A DNA stretch of 53,104 bases from positions 1 to 53,104 of the forward strand of contig DAIDJN010000021.1 of the NCBI GenBank assembly GCA_027451365.1, written 5' to 3'. This DNA is from Phycisphaerales bacterium (GTDB lineage: Bacteria; Planctomycetota; Phycisphaerae; WQYP01). Under the pieces are notes generated by a model. It made no database searches. It saw only the letters and a program-made list of their open reading frames with translations, and was not told the DNA's origin. Below, one piece after another: positions 10,001 to 17,279 of the stretch. Each line of letters starts with the position of its first letter. The stretch's first letter is position 1. Both the position numbers and the translations under genes were made by a program.

Positions 10001-12211
10001 GCCTCCGGCTTAAATATAACGGGCACCGGTCCTGATATTTTGGATGCCGGCGGTGGCGGCGGAGTCTTAACCATTGCCGGAAATTTGACCGACGCGACCT
10101 CCGCCCTCACATTGCAAAATGGATCATTTATCCTTGCCGGACCTACCACCAGCGGCACTTTCACCGGCGGCAATCTGATTATTGGCAACGGCGGCTCGGT
10201 GAATACCAACGTTGGTTTTAGTTCGCTGACGAATCTGCCGGCCACTGGCATCACGCTGACGCTTAATAACGGTACACTGACCGACCTGGCCGCCTCCGGT
10301 GCGGGTCTCAATATATCCAATCCCCTTGCACTTAGCGGGACCGGTAGCTTTGTGGATGCCGGATCGGGCACACAGGCTCATCCGACGATTCTTTCGAGTG
10401 CCATTTCAGGTTCCAGCGGCTTTACCGTAAGCGGTGCCAGTGATTCAGATTACATTGCTGTTTCGAATGCCAATACGGGCTACTCCGGTAATTTCACCAT
10501 CAACGGCGGCGCGGTAATTCAGGAAAATGCCGCCGCATTCGGCACAGGTAATCTTTTGGTGTCCGGCGGCGAACTGGTATCCACCACGGTGGCCACCAAT
10601 GGTAGCACCGCCACCACGCTGCACGTTGCGGGCAATTATACCCAGACATCCGGTGGTGGCTTGGCCTTGGCAATTGTCAGTCCCACCTCGGCCGACACCC
10701 TCACTGTGACGGGCACGGCCGCGCTAGGCGGCACGCTTTTGCTGGATGTAAACGCTGCTGCGGTTCCCGCCATTGCGCAGCGTGTCAACTATACGCTGAT
10801 CACCGCGGGCAGTCCGATTACCGGCAATTTCGCGAATTATGCATTTGCGCCGGGATCGGCCACCGCCGTCAGTTTTTCCGGCGTGGATGTGGGCAATACA
10901 TACGTGCTGACTCTACTGGGCGGGTTCAACTTTGCGCTTAATGCGCAGAATCCGAATCAGCTCGCGATAGCCAATTACATTGATACTGCCGCCAATAATC
11001 CGGGCATTAACCCAACCCTGCAAAGTCTGCTCTTGAGCCTTAGCGGTCAGTCGCCGCAGGATATTGCCAACGCGCTCAACCAGATGTTGCCTTTGGTTTA
11101 TGGCGGTTTGGCCAATATGCAAATCAACAATAGTGTATTTAATTCCGAGGCAATTAACGGCCAGATCTCCAGCGACTTTGATGGCGGCGGCTTCAATACC
11201 GCCGGTCTGACACTGCTCAAAACCACTAATACCGACCCGTTCTCATTGGCACTCGCCTCCGCGCTGCAATCGAATTCAACCGTCAACGCCGCTACATCCT
11301 CCACCCAATACCTGGATGATGTCATGCATGCCAATTCCGGTAACGTGCCGTTGCCTTCCCGCGAATCGGCACGCGACGCCTTTGGTGGCTTCATTGCCGG
11401 TCAGGCCATTCTTGGAAGTCAGCCCACGGATAGTTCCGGTGAAAATTACTTTACGGGCGGCTTAAACACTGGATTGGATTATCGCTTTGCCAAATCATTG
11501 GTGGTCGGACTGAGCTTTAATTATAGTTATACCGGTGCGCACCTGGACGCTCTGGGCAGCACTCTGCGGGACAATTCCTATGCGCCCGGCCTGTTTGCCG
11601 GTTATCGGCGAGGCAACTTCTTTGCCGACGCCAGCACCGACTACACGTATAACCAGTACACAATTCACCGCAATGTGACACTGGGCGGTGCGAGTTCCAC
11701 TGCAACCGGAAAACCGGATTCCAATCAGTTTGACCTTAACACGATGGTCGGCTTCAACTTCCCGATTTTTCGACATTTCAAAGCCGGACCGGCCTTGGGG
11801 CTTGATTATACCCACATCAGCATGTCCAGCTTTTCAGAAACTGGAAGTCCGGCTGACTTAAATGTCGGCAGTCAATCGGTTGATTCCCTGCGGAGTCTGC
11901 TGGGCGGCCAGGCGCAATACAAGCTGCGTCTGCCCAAGGTTCCCATGCCGCTCGTAATCAGCGCCAATGCCTTCTGGCAGCATGAATATCTGAACAATAG
12001 CCGCGGAATCAGTTCGTCACTGTCCGGTCTGGGCGGTGGCACATTTATTACAAATATTCCTAACGCAGGACGCGATTCCGCTCTGCTTGGTGCGGGCGTA
12101 AGCGGCAAAATCTGCCCCAATGCTACTCTTTTTGCCAATTATGAGGCCCAGATTGGTCCCAATAATCAGCATAGCCAAAGCATTATGGTCGGCATGGCAG
12201 TGCAGTTTTAA
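1040..12211 (+). CDS. Giant (3723 aa) type Va autotransporter / adhesin with autotransporter-associated beta-strand (PATR-like) repeats
   Basis: Signal peptide ending AHA. Dozens of LTLSGANTYxGxTTIxxGTL repeats in a Gly/Ser/Thr-rich passenger. NPNQLAIANYID linker, then a C-terminal barrel (approx. 11370-12208) with GLDYR and a terminal AVQF. Confidence 0.92.
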   Translation: MKKKQTLILLAAIASTAALPMAAHASAFTDPTSGQMVLWVNTITGDVELVGNNTTIVGYQISSSSQSLIYANWTKPITHSTTGWTPAPASGGYLAEVTSSSSYAVTTQDTHPYDMGDIFNPAAAHDLVLHFTSLVNGSASYVLGAVEYGAPTLTWDPGLSPTTPGSDGAGNWDTTTAIWSNGSTDQTWTNGFAASIGANGTGNTITIDTTGISATGITFNPLTTGQYTIASAASGDNLTLSGTITLNANATISAPIVGSGAITIVGPDTLTLSGTNTYSGGTTLDSGTLAITQDAAIPTTGALTFAGGTLQLNNYTSSLNFSNENVQIGAATGTAATLAGVIGGTSLLTYDGPGTLILTGANTYSLGTLVNAGTLEINTGGTLGNGSGLLTIQTGATVQVNTNVATAGLSGAGSLVLNTSGTGYTANDTTINTFSGVISGVGNFTQAGTGTEILSGANTYTGTTTISGGTLEFTGDTSGLTGGIADNASLDMAQTANSSLAGVISGSGTLIDNGAAGTTLTLSGANTFTGGITLNSGILSVSSEGNLGGAANPLTFNGGELLSTAAFLTDSRTITLDAASGTTVDIHGGQDSFSGVISGSGALTVLDSAPTANSSITLSGANTYTGGTVLNNSHMIITADNNLGSSTGTITLNSAQLETRGLVNTARNIVLAGTGDILNSYNEVESFSGVISGAGPVTVTNFGGGVLAFSGANTYTGGTIIQDGILAVSTDANLGASSGNITLQGGTLKTLASLTTARSVVLASGGSSGPYIDTDGAHTDTFSGVISGTTSLNIEDSTLGSSGKVIFSGANTYAGLTKISNGTLALSGTGTIADSSYLQILTGAVFDISATASGATVKSFGGYGNINLGAEPLAETITSGNVADFDGVMSGTGSLTLSGTGGTQYFKGINTYTGATIINDGTLALSHGGSIAASSGVTLNLSTSVLDITQATSGETIKALSGSLGTVALGSQTLTISGTGSSTFDGVIQNSGISPGTGGGLTVSGGTETLSGANVYTGATTITGGTLSLSGTGSIVDSSGVVLGSGGTFDISGTTGGATIVGLTGSGGTVNLGGKTLSLALSTSQTDTFNGIIEGTGGGLTLSGTSATEILGGTNTYSGTTTITSGTLEFTGSTANLTGGIVNNSNLNFQQTANSSFSGVISGTGTVTQDGSAATTLTLSGANTDSGVITITAGTLKFTGSTAGLGGNLIDNSALVFGQTASSSLTGIISGTGTVTQAGAPGTTLTLAGNNTYSGATTVSAGTLELSGLTAGLTGGIVDNSALVFQQAANNSLSGVISGSGTVTENGASGTTLTLSGANTYSGITTISSGTLDLAGTTGGMTGNIVDNSSLAFVQTASSSLSGIISGTGGVTEDGSAGTTLTLSGANTYSGTTTITSGTLEYAGSTASLTGGIVNNSALVFHQAASSTLSSAISGTGSLTENGSAGTALTLTGANTYTGPTTISSGSLNVGTGGSLAHSNITIDSGASLGGTGTITWNLSNNTGDLISNSGTLNITGLNLILNISGTQTQSQYILANDASGILSGTRFATVTGLGSGTIDYTGTTLNPNDIVLVVPLTLSWDPLANKTISDGSGNWDTTNTNATWALAGADQAWSNGSSASIGADGGTSETITIDAGPIVVSNLSFNAMTSGAQYTIAGTGANTLEVDGTISLANNATISAALVGSLPLTITGTHTLTLTGTNTYTGGTTLENGVTVNFNNASAFGTGSITVGTGGATLQYNAASLTIANNLAIAGGAVLDTNGLGDPTSGVTYAGNITGAGGLTVTSSVAGGELYLTGNNSAFTGNTTLLSGVEAGFNTSTSFGSGTVTIGAGGGTLEYTANLTVSNRLILAANGGINAHGTTSTWAGVISGTGGLLVHDSIGDGILTLSAINTYSGATTIGLSNTVTLALSGTGSISSSSYVGTVAGATFDVSQVSAGTVNIRGLKGTGGTIALGSKTLDITGSGTYTYSGVIQNGGIGGGTGAGLALTGTGLLTLTGANTYTGVTAINSGELLLSTGGSIADSSNVSLASGAKFDISQTTSGATVNGLTGSGGYVYTGAETLTVNVAGTDSFGGEISDSGGVNNVRGGGLTKTGSGTLTVTGFFDNYSGATTISAGTLAVSASAGDFDDSSNIAIASGATLDISAVSGETAHSITGLGTVALGSTSLELFAASGSYTFGGLIKDGGISGGTGGSLIIGVLGTTATTILTGANTYTGSTTITSGTLGLSGTGSIADSSGVILDTGGTANSTFDLSALTTGSASIKSLASASVGTGSGTASVLLGTNSLTLTNASGSFAGVISGTGGLGINAGTQTLTGVNTYSDVTSVSGGTLALSGTGSVADSSRIALSPGGTFDISATTSGATVLGLAGIGGTVNLGSKTLSVTLPTSQTDTFNGIIEGVGGGLTLSGTSATEILGGTNTYSGTTTITSGTLEFAGSTASLTGGIVNNSALLFHQTASSSLSSAISGTGGVTENGSVGTALTLTGANTYSGPTTITSGALDIGTGGSLAHSNITIDSGASLGGIGSLTWNLIGNSSDLIANSGNINLTGLNLILNITGTQTQSQYVLADDTSGTLTGTHFASVTGLGSGAIDYTGTTLHPNDIVLVVPLTLSWDGATVKAGLLSDGSGNWDTTNTNATWALAGADQAWSNGSSASIGADGGTSETITIDAGPIVVSNLSFNAMTSGAQYTIAGTGANTLEVDGTISLANNATISASLVGSNPLTVTGAHTLTLSGVNTYTGGTTLENGVTVNFNNASAFSSGAITIGTGGASLQFGAAGLTLSNAVTLNSNATVDLNNLTGETYSGAITNTGSSNSLMVINGTMQLTGTNSSTFSAGNLIVGNGTAASVAFTSAANLPGAGAGIELNAGSLVYSGASAVTISNTITNTGASAQDGINAGAQIVTLSGALANSSAGATIQLVNGTFVLASNQGSQFSSGTLELGNNGLTTLAEFSSSANLIASAATVSLNQAELKYTGNAAATLASGLNITGTGPDILDAGGGGGVLTIAGNLTDATSALTLQNGSFILAGPTTSGTFTGGNLIIGNGGSVNTNVGFSSLTNLPATGITLTLNNGTLTDLAASGAGLNISNPLALSGTGSFVDAGSGTQAHPTILSSAISGSSGFTVSGASDSDYIAVSNANTGYSGNFTINGGAVIQENAAAFGTGNLLVSGGELVSTTVATNGSTATTLHVAGNYTQTSGGGLALAIVSPTSADTLTVTGTAALGGTLLLDVNAAAVPAIAQRVNYTLITAGSPITGNFANYAFAPGSATAVSFSGVDVGNTYVLTLLGGFNFALNAQNPNQLAIANYIDTAANNPGINPTLQSLLLSLSGQSPQDIANALNQMLPLVYGGLANMQINNSVFNSEAINGQISSDFDGGGFNTAGLTLLKTTNTDPFSLALASALQSNSTVNAATSSTQYLDDVMHANSGNVPLPSRESARDAFGGFIAGQAILGSQPTDSSGENYFTGGLNTGLDYRFAKSLVVGLSFNYSYTGAHLDALGSTLRDNSYAPGLFAGYRRGNFFADASTDYTYNQYTIHRNVTLGGASSTATGKPDSNQFDLNTMVGFNFPIFRHFKAGPALGLDYTHISMSSFSETGSPADLNVGSQSVDSLRSLLGGQAQYKLRLPKVPMPLVISANAFWQHEYLNNSRGISSSLSGLGGGTFITNIPNAGRDSALLGAGVSGKICPNATLFANYEAQIGPNNQHSQSIMVGMAVQF
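4382..5401 (+). repeat. Five tandem 204-bp (68-aa) intragenic repeats in the autotransporter passenger
   Basis: Units start at 4382, 4586, 4790, 4994 and 5198 (NT(Y/D)SG...), and the next NTY is at 5402. Single homologous units lie at 2411-2614 and 8306-8509. Confidence 0.9.
5807..6081 (+). repeat. 275-bp near-identical intragenic direct repeat, copy 1
   Basis: Matches 8921-9195 with 5 mismatches by manual comparison, all synonymous. Confidence 0.9.
8921..9195 (+). repeat. 275-bp near-identical intragenic direct repeat, copy 2
   Basis: Matches 5807-6081; encodes SDGSGNWDTTNTNATW...ANNATISA. Confidence 0.9.
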
Positions 12212-12586
12212 AACGGATACGGTGCGACATTCGACTTTGATTATGCCATTCACCGGCCACAGCCGCTGAAGATACGCTCGAGCCGATTCTGGTGTGGCCT
12301 GTTCCCTGGAGATGCTTGCGCGCCGCCGCAATTGGGCCTCGGTCGGAGTAATCTATACGGGCTTTTGATTTACGGCGATTCCGATTCGCGGCGTTAATTC
12401 CCCTCGGCATGGCCATCGTTTATTCGTCCGGTACACTTGTCGCCCGGGATTTTGATGGCATTCAGAAATGCAAAATCGGGCGAGTTGATTGGACGGCCGA
12501 GCGGCAGCGCGAGGCTTGCATGGGTGCCTGTCGGTGCGCCATGATGACCGACGCCCGCAATCAGGCCATATTCCAAGGACAGCGGG

Positions 12587-13098
12587 TTGCTTAACCGTCA
12601 GGTTCGTGTCTTTGTCTTTCGCAGCCAGACCGCGATGGATAATCATAACTATCTCGGGGCCATTTATGACAGTCGGCAGGCGCTGTCATTGGACCCCGGC
12701 AATGCGCTTATGAAAAGCAGGCTTGCCTGGGCGTTGGATGGACAGGGCTACGATCGGTTTTCGGAAAAAGACCTTGCCGGCGCAGCGGATTATTTTCAGC
12801 AGGTTCTCCTCGGTTCTCCCAATGCCCCGGTTTTACAGCAGAACCTGGTTAACGCTGAGGCTCAGATTCGCATTCTGGCACAGGAAACTGCGCGGCATAA
12901 GGCGGATATGCGGAAGATTGCTGCCCAAGATTTCGCTCAATTCTGATTCGCGCCCGCGGATGAAAATAATTGGCGCAATATTTCTGATGTCGCGCTGCTG
13001 GATTGGGATTCAAATGTCGTGGATTTGCTCGCTGCCCGGACGGACATTGCGAGTATTGGCCATGCCCGGGAAGTGACTCCCAGCATCCGGCTGCGGGC
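12587..13098 (+). pseudogene. Probable degraded tetratricopeptide-repeat (TPR) protein gene
   Basis: TPR-like helices (AIYDSRQALSLDPGN; AADYFQQVLLGSPNAPVLQQNL). There is no convincing start. The frame stays open past the TGA at 12944-12946 and runs into an IS relic. Confidence 0.45.
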
Positions 13099-13210
13099 AG
13101 CAAGGCAGCCCCTCCGCTCGTCCTTCGGGCTTCCTGCGGGACGGCCTTGCTACGGAGGAAGACTCTCATAGCAAAGCCTGTTTTGCGCCCAGTCGACAGG
13201 GCGAACCGCA
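13099..13210 (+). mobile_element. Solo right-end relic of an IS3-family element related to the IS at 51820-53104
   Basis: GGAAGACTCTC-ATAGCAAAGCCTGTTTTGCGCCCAGTCGACAGGGCGAACCGCA matches the reverse complement of 51820-51890; the terminal 26 bp are 22/26 identical and end in CA. Preceded by the hairpin AGCAAGGC...GCCTTGCT. Confidence 0.8.
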
Positions 13211-13523
13211 CACAGGCCTTCATGGAAATGCCCCGAATCATCAACTGCATAATCCGGCTATTTACAGCATGTGGATATGGGCGTTTGTGGCGGCAAATAT
13301 TCATTCACCCGAAATTGTCATTCAAGCCGCAACTAAATGGCGTAAAAACAAGCGGGCGTGGCGGACATTTCTTTCGCAGTGCGGGGCAATTTAGCAACAA
13401 ATCAGACATTTATCGTGCATGCAGCGGCACCGTTCAATCCATTAGTAGCGGGGAGGTGCACGTAGGCATTATGATTCTGGAACCGGACTGATTAATTCGG
13501 CCGCGGATAGAAGGACACTGACA

Positions 13524-14138
13524 TTGCAAGACCCGCCGCAAAATACGCCGCATGATCCGCCGAATGCTTCATCCGTTGATTCGCGAAAAATGACTGACGC
13601 GTGCGCCGCCAGGCCTTCCGCTGATCGTTGCATGCGGGGATTTGAATGGAGAAAGTGGGTGATTACCGGCGGCGGTCTTGGGCTGCTTAAGCCGGCTCCG
13701 GGGAGTTGGGGGACGTGCGGGCCGGCGCTGATTTTCTGGCTTCTGCTGGGATCGGGTATCCCGGATCCGCAAAGATCGGCGATCTGCGGGTCTGGCGTGC
13801 TGTTGGCGGCAATTCTGACGGTTCGACTGTCACCTTGGGCGATCGGCTATTTCGGCGATGACGATCCCGGATCGGTCGTGCTGGATGAATATGCCGGTTT
13901 CTGGCTGGCCACGGTGGCTCTGCCGCTGCCCGCCGGGGTTGTGGGCAACTGGTGGCACGCCTGGCTGATGACGGCGGCGGTATATGTTCTTTTCCGGCTG
14001 ACCGACACTCTGAAACTGCCGCCGTGCCGCCAACTTGAAAGACTGCCTGCGGGCTGGGGAATACTGCTGGATGATCTGGCGGCCGGCGTGCAGGTGAATG
14101 TGATACTGCAAATTCTGCTGCGGGTGTGGCATCCGTAG
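13524..14138 (+). CDS. pgpA: Phosphatidylglycerophosphatase A
   Basis: Motifs PAPGSWGT, DDPGSVVLDEYAG, FRLTDTLKLPP and GWGILLDDLAAG. TTG start preceded by AAGGA; alternative ATG at 13590. Confidence 0.9.
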   Translation: MQDPPQNTPHDPPNASSVDSRKMTDACAARPSADRCMRGFEWRKWVITGGGLGLLKPAPGSWGTCGPALIFWLLLGSGIPDPQRSAICGSGVLLAAILTVRLSPWAIGYFGDDDPGSVVLDEYAGFWLATVALPLPAGVVGNWWHAWLMTAAVYVLFRLTDTLKLPPCRQLERLPAGWGILLDDLAAGVQVNVILQILLRVWHP

Positions 14139-14160
14139 ATCGGCGGAGTTAAATGTTTAT

Positions 14161-14931
14161 ATGAATATAACTAAATTAATATCATGCGATGCGACTTCCT
14201 GGCAACGAAGCTGGGACGCCGGACAGCGTTATCTGGCGGCCGGCCTGTATGTGGCCGCCAGGCTCGCGCTGGAAACGGCTGAAGCGGCCGCGTTTGTCCG
14301 CCGCGATGCCGCGAGTCTGGAAAGAATTTATCTGCCGCTGTTGGAAGCGTGTCGTCAGGCCCGACTTCAGGCGTGTGAAGGCATCATTGTGATAGATGAT
14401 CCTCGGCGGTCCGGTCATTCGCCGGCGACTCGCGCTGTGGCCAAAAGCTCGGCGGCAGCCACGCTGCTTGTGGCCGGGCCGCGGGCGGTGAAGATGGCCA
14501 CACGGGTGAATCGATCCGCGCGCCGGCGTGGCTCGCCGCAAGAATCACTGGTCTGGCTTTACGGCGGTAAAACGGTGCGGCTATGTTCAACCGCGGCGGT
14601 TCGGTTTTGCTGCGGAGTGGAGGCCGAGTTCACGAAAAATCCTGGGGAAAAAATGTCTCCTCGGCACTTGGACCAGCAGATAGCGGTGCTGCCGGTGCCG
14701 GGTGTTTATCCGCCCGGATCAGCCGGACACCGCCTGGCTTGCGAGACCCTGCTGCTGGCGTGGGAATGGCTGGCATTGCATTGGCAGGCCCGGCATCGGG
14801 TTCGGGCGCGGCCTTGGGAAGAACTCGCGTGGTTACGCGCGGCGCGGCGTGTAGATCCGGCCTGTGAACCGGTTATGATGCGCATGGTGGAAATTTGCCG
14901 TTTGCTCACCACTCTTCCGGATGAACATTGA
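14161..14931 (+). CDS. Hypothetical protein (N-terminal helical region)
   Basis: 256-aa ORF 22 bp after pgpA, with GGAG upstream. No family recognised. Confidence 0.65.
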   Translation: MNITKLISCDATSWQRSWDAGQRYLAAGLYVAARLALETAEAAAFVRRDAASLERIYLPLLEACRQARLQACEGIIVIDDPRRSGHSPATRAVAKSSAAATLLVAGPRAVKMATRVNRSARRRGSPQESLVWLYGGKTVRLCSTAAVRFCCGVEAEFTKNPGEKMSPRHLDQQIAVLPVPGVYPPGSAGHRLACETLLLAWEWLALHWQARHRVRARPWEELAWLRAARRVDPACEPVMMRMVEICRLLTTLPDEH

Positions 14932-15000
14932 CATTGAATTACCCACATAATTTCAGATGCTCGACGGGGCTGACTCCAGCGTTTTTCGTGTGCCGTCAAG

Positions 15001-15399
15001 CTATTTCGGGCAGGTTTCCGGCGTACAGCGACCGGTCAACCGATAGCGGTTCCGGGCAAAGGTCATGTACGCGATATCCGCGAGCTTTCGCACCGGTTTG
15101 AAGCGCAGCAGCCAAAGGCCGAAGCGAACGCTAATTGTGGGGCGTACCGCTTGCCAGATGCCCAAGAAGGCATCGACTCGGGTATAAATTGTTCCCGCCG
15201 CGTCCTGAGCGTGCATAAACTGGTGGACGAGATGTGCATCCAGCCCGTAGGATTGAGCCTGAAAATCCGGTGCTGCTATATCAACCGGAATGAGCCGACC
15301 TTCGTGATCCAAGGTCAGATAATGTTTAATTTCGCGGCTACAGAGTGGACACTGACCGTCGAAAAAAATACGTAATGGAAATTGCGGCTTCGGCATCAT
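15001..15399 (-). CDS. DCC1-like thiol-disulfide oxidoreductase (DUF393)
   Basis: FFDGQCPLC (DxxCxxC) and C-terminal YMTFARNRYRLTGRC. ATG at 15399 preferred over the ORF-track start at 15441. Confidence 0.88.
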   Translation of the reverse strand: MMPKPQFPLRIFFDGQCPLCSREIKHYLTLDHEGRLIPVDIAAPDFQAQSYGLDAHLVHQFMHAQDAAGTIYTRVDAFLGIWQAVRPTISVRFGLWLLRFKPVRKLADIAYMTFARNRYRLTGRCTPETCPK

Positions 15400-15481
15400 T
15401 AAGAGATAGTAGGGGGATGTTGGTCGAAAATCCATTAACAATTTTCGGCTTTACGAATTGTTGGTTGAGACAAGGAAAATC

Positions 15482-15506
15482 GAACCGCGGCCGAATGGCG
15501 GCGTAA
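15482..15506 (+). promoter_or_regulatory. Putative ECF-sigma autoregulatory promoter (GAAC-N16-CGTAA)
   Basis: AAC at 15483-15485, 16-bp spacer, CGT at 15502; about 20 bp upstream of the ECF start codon. Confidence 0.5.
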
Positions 15507-15524
15507 TTAAGAAGGAATGGCCCG

Positions 15525-16115
15525 ATGGCCGAAGATGAAGAACTGCTCGCCCGGTTCATCCGCGGAGATGAAGCAGCGTTTACCGAGCTTGTCTCCCGGC
15601 ACCAGCGCGAACTGTTCACTTTTCTCCGGCGCTTTGTAAACGACGCCTCCGCGGCCGATGACCTGTTTCAGGAAACATTTGTGCAGGTGTATCGGAGTGC
15701 CCAGTCGTTCGACAAGTCTCGGCGTTTTCGACCGTGGATGTATGCGATTGCGGCGAACAAGGCTCGGGATTTCTTAAGGGCTGCAGCGCGGCGAAGGACC
15801 CAGTCGCTGGATAGTCCGTTTGGTTCGCCAAATTCGCAGCAGAGTCTGGACCCTCCGGAACTTAATCAGCCATCGGCGGTCCAAATTCTGGTGGAACAGG
15901 ATGAGGCGCGACGGGTTCGGCAGGTTCTTTCAGGCTTGCCGGACATATACCGTGAGGTGCTGACGCTGAGTTATTTTCATCGGTTTGCGTACAAGGAGAT
16001 TTCAGAGATTCTGGGCATTCCCCTGGGTACAGTCAAAAGCCGCCTGAATACAGCAATGGCGACTTTTTCACGGGCTTGGAAAGCAGCCCAGAATGCCAGT
16101 GACAGCCGCCGATAA
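15525..16115 (+). CDS. ECF-family RNA polymerase sigma-70 factor
   Basis: Region 2 (GDEAAFTELV, ADDLFQETF, FRPWMYAIAAN) and region 4 (YKEISEILGIPLGTVKSRL); 196 aa. Confidence 0.95.
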   Translation: MAEDEELLARFIRGDEAAFTELVSRHQRELFTFLRRFVNDASAADDLFQETFVQVYRSAQSFDKSRRFRPWMYAIAANKARDFLRAAARRRTQSLDSPFGSPNSQQSLDPPELNQPSAVQILVEQDEARRVRQVLSGLPDIYREVLTLSYFHRFAYKEISEILGIPLGTVKSRLNTAMATFSRAWKAAQNASDSRR

Positions 16116-16172
16116 CGTATCAGCCGTCCTGCAGCCCAATTTTCTTGAACGCGGACGAACGTACTGATAATA

Positions 16173-17279
16173 ATGCTGATTTTCAGTCAGGATGAACCCA
16201 TGAACCCGATTGATGACAAGTCCAGGCAAGCCTCTGGCCAAGAGCCGGGGGCAGACGCGCTTTCGCCACGTCAGGAAGATTTTCTCAACTCCTTGCTCGA
16301 ATCAGGCGGCTCGCCGCCCGGCCAGGCACCTGCTCCCGGCCTGCCGGCTGGCTGTCCCCCGGATATTGACGGCCAGGATGGTTTGGCACGAGCGTTGACG
16401 GCCTTGAGCCGGCTGAATTTGGATGAAGCACCGTCCGGGCTCCTGGCGCGGACCATGGCGCGGATCCGGCGGGAACAGGCGGGTACCGGTGCGTCGGCAG
16501 CGGAGCCAGCCAATTCTCAAACGCGATACGCTGATTATCCGATGACTGCGGCTCGCCCATCAAAACGCTGGCTGGCATGGAATGGTCGTAAAATGGATAT
16601 TGTGACAATGGTGGTGGCGGCGAGTCTTGTGCTGGTGGTATTAATTGCGGTCATCGGCAAACAGCGGCAGCGGGCGGCGCGCACCCTTTGCGCATCAAAT
16701 TTAACGAGCATCGCTGCGGGCATAAGTGAATATGCCGCAGCGAATGCTGGCTTTTTACCGAGTATTGCGCCAGCGGAAAATGCGGATTGGCTTCCGGCGA
16801 GCGTTGCGGCGGGGAATTCGATCTCTTCCACAGCCAGCCTGCGGCGCGATGGAAATGCGGCAAATCTGGCACCTCTGTTGAATTCCAAGGCGAGATTCGT
16901 GAGCTGGAAAGAACTCGTATGCCCGACGTGCGCGACGGCGGCCGATGCGCGCGGCCATTTTCGTCGCATCAGCTACAGCTATATTGATGAACTTGGAAAA
17001 TGGAACCATCATTTTAACGGGTCGGGAAAAGTCGTGATTCTGGCGGATGCAAATCCGCTTTTTGCCGGCCGCCCCGTGGCCGGAGTGACGGCGAATTCGT
17101 TTAATCATCGCGGCGCCGGGGAGAACATTCTGTGCGATGACGGTGCGGTCCGCTGGGTTACCACACCGCTGGTGGGTCCGCGGCAGGATAATATATACAC
17201 GATTCAAACGGTGGCGGGTATTCGCTACACTGGTTACGAACAGCCGGTTTCGGCGCGCGATATTTTTCTTGCACCCTAG
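16173..17279 (+). CDS. Putative membrane anti-sigma factor with an extracytoplasmic DUF1559/H-X-DG pilin-like domain
   Basis: Directly downstream of the ECF gene. Cytoplasmic N-terminus with APSGLLARTMARI, one TM helix (IVTMVVAASLVLVVLIAVIG), then RAARTLCASNLTSIAAGISEYAAANAGFLP and NHRGAGENILCDDGAVRW. Start may be the ATG at 16200. Confidence 0.7.
   Translation: MLIFSQDEPMNPIDDKSRQASGQEPGADALSPRQEDFLNSLLESGGSPPGQAPAPGLPAGCPPDIDGQDGLARALTALSRLNLDEAPSGLLARTMARIRREQAGTGASAAEPANSQTRYADYPMTAARPSKRWLAWNGRKMDIVTMVVAASLVLVVLIAVIGKQRQRAARTLCASNLTSIAAGISEYAAANAGFLPSIAPAENADWLPASVAAGNSISSTASLRRDGNAANLAPLLNSKARFVSWKELVCPTCATAADARGHFRRISYSYIDELGKWNHHFNGSGKVVILADANPLFAGRPVAGVTANSFNHRGAGENILCDDGAVRWVTTPLVGPRQDNIYTIQTVAGIRYTGYEQPVSARDIFLAP

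Noticed and set aside
1343..12138. Many 60-225 aa antisense and alternative-frame ORFs inside the autotransporter, some repeated
   Set aside because: Shadows of the Gly/Thr/Ser codon-biased repeats; their periodicity (e.g. 204 bp) simply mirrors the sense-strand repeats.
12944..12946. In-frame TGA as selenocysteine or recoded stop
   Set aside because: No recognisable SECIS hairpin directly downstream and no redox motif; TGA is used as a normal stop by many genes in this window.
13003..13491. 162-aa ORF, and similar ORFs at 12849-13304 and 51764-51997 sharing AKPVLRPVDR-type peptides
   Set aside because: The shared peptide is a translation of the non-coding IS right end; there are no protein-family features.
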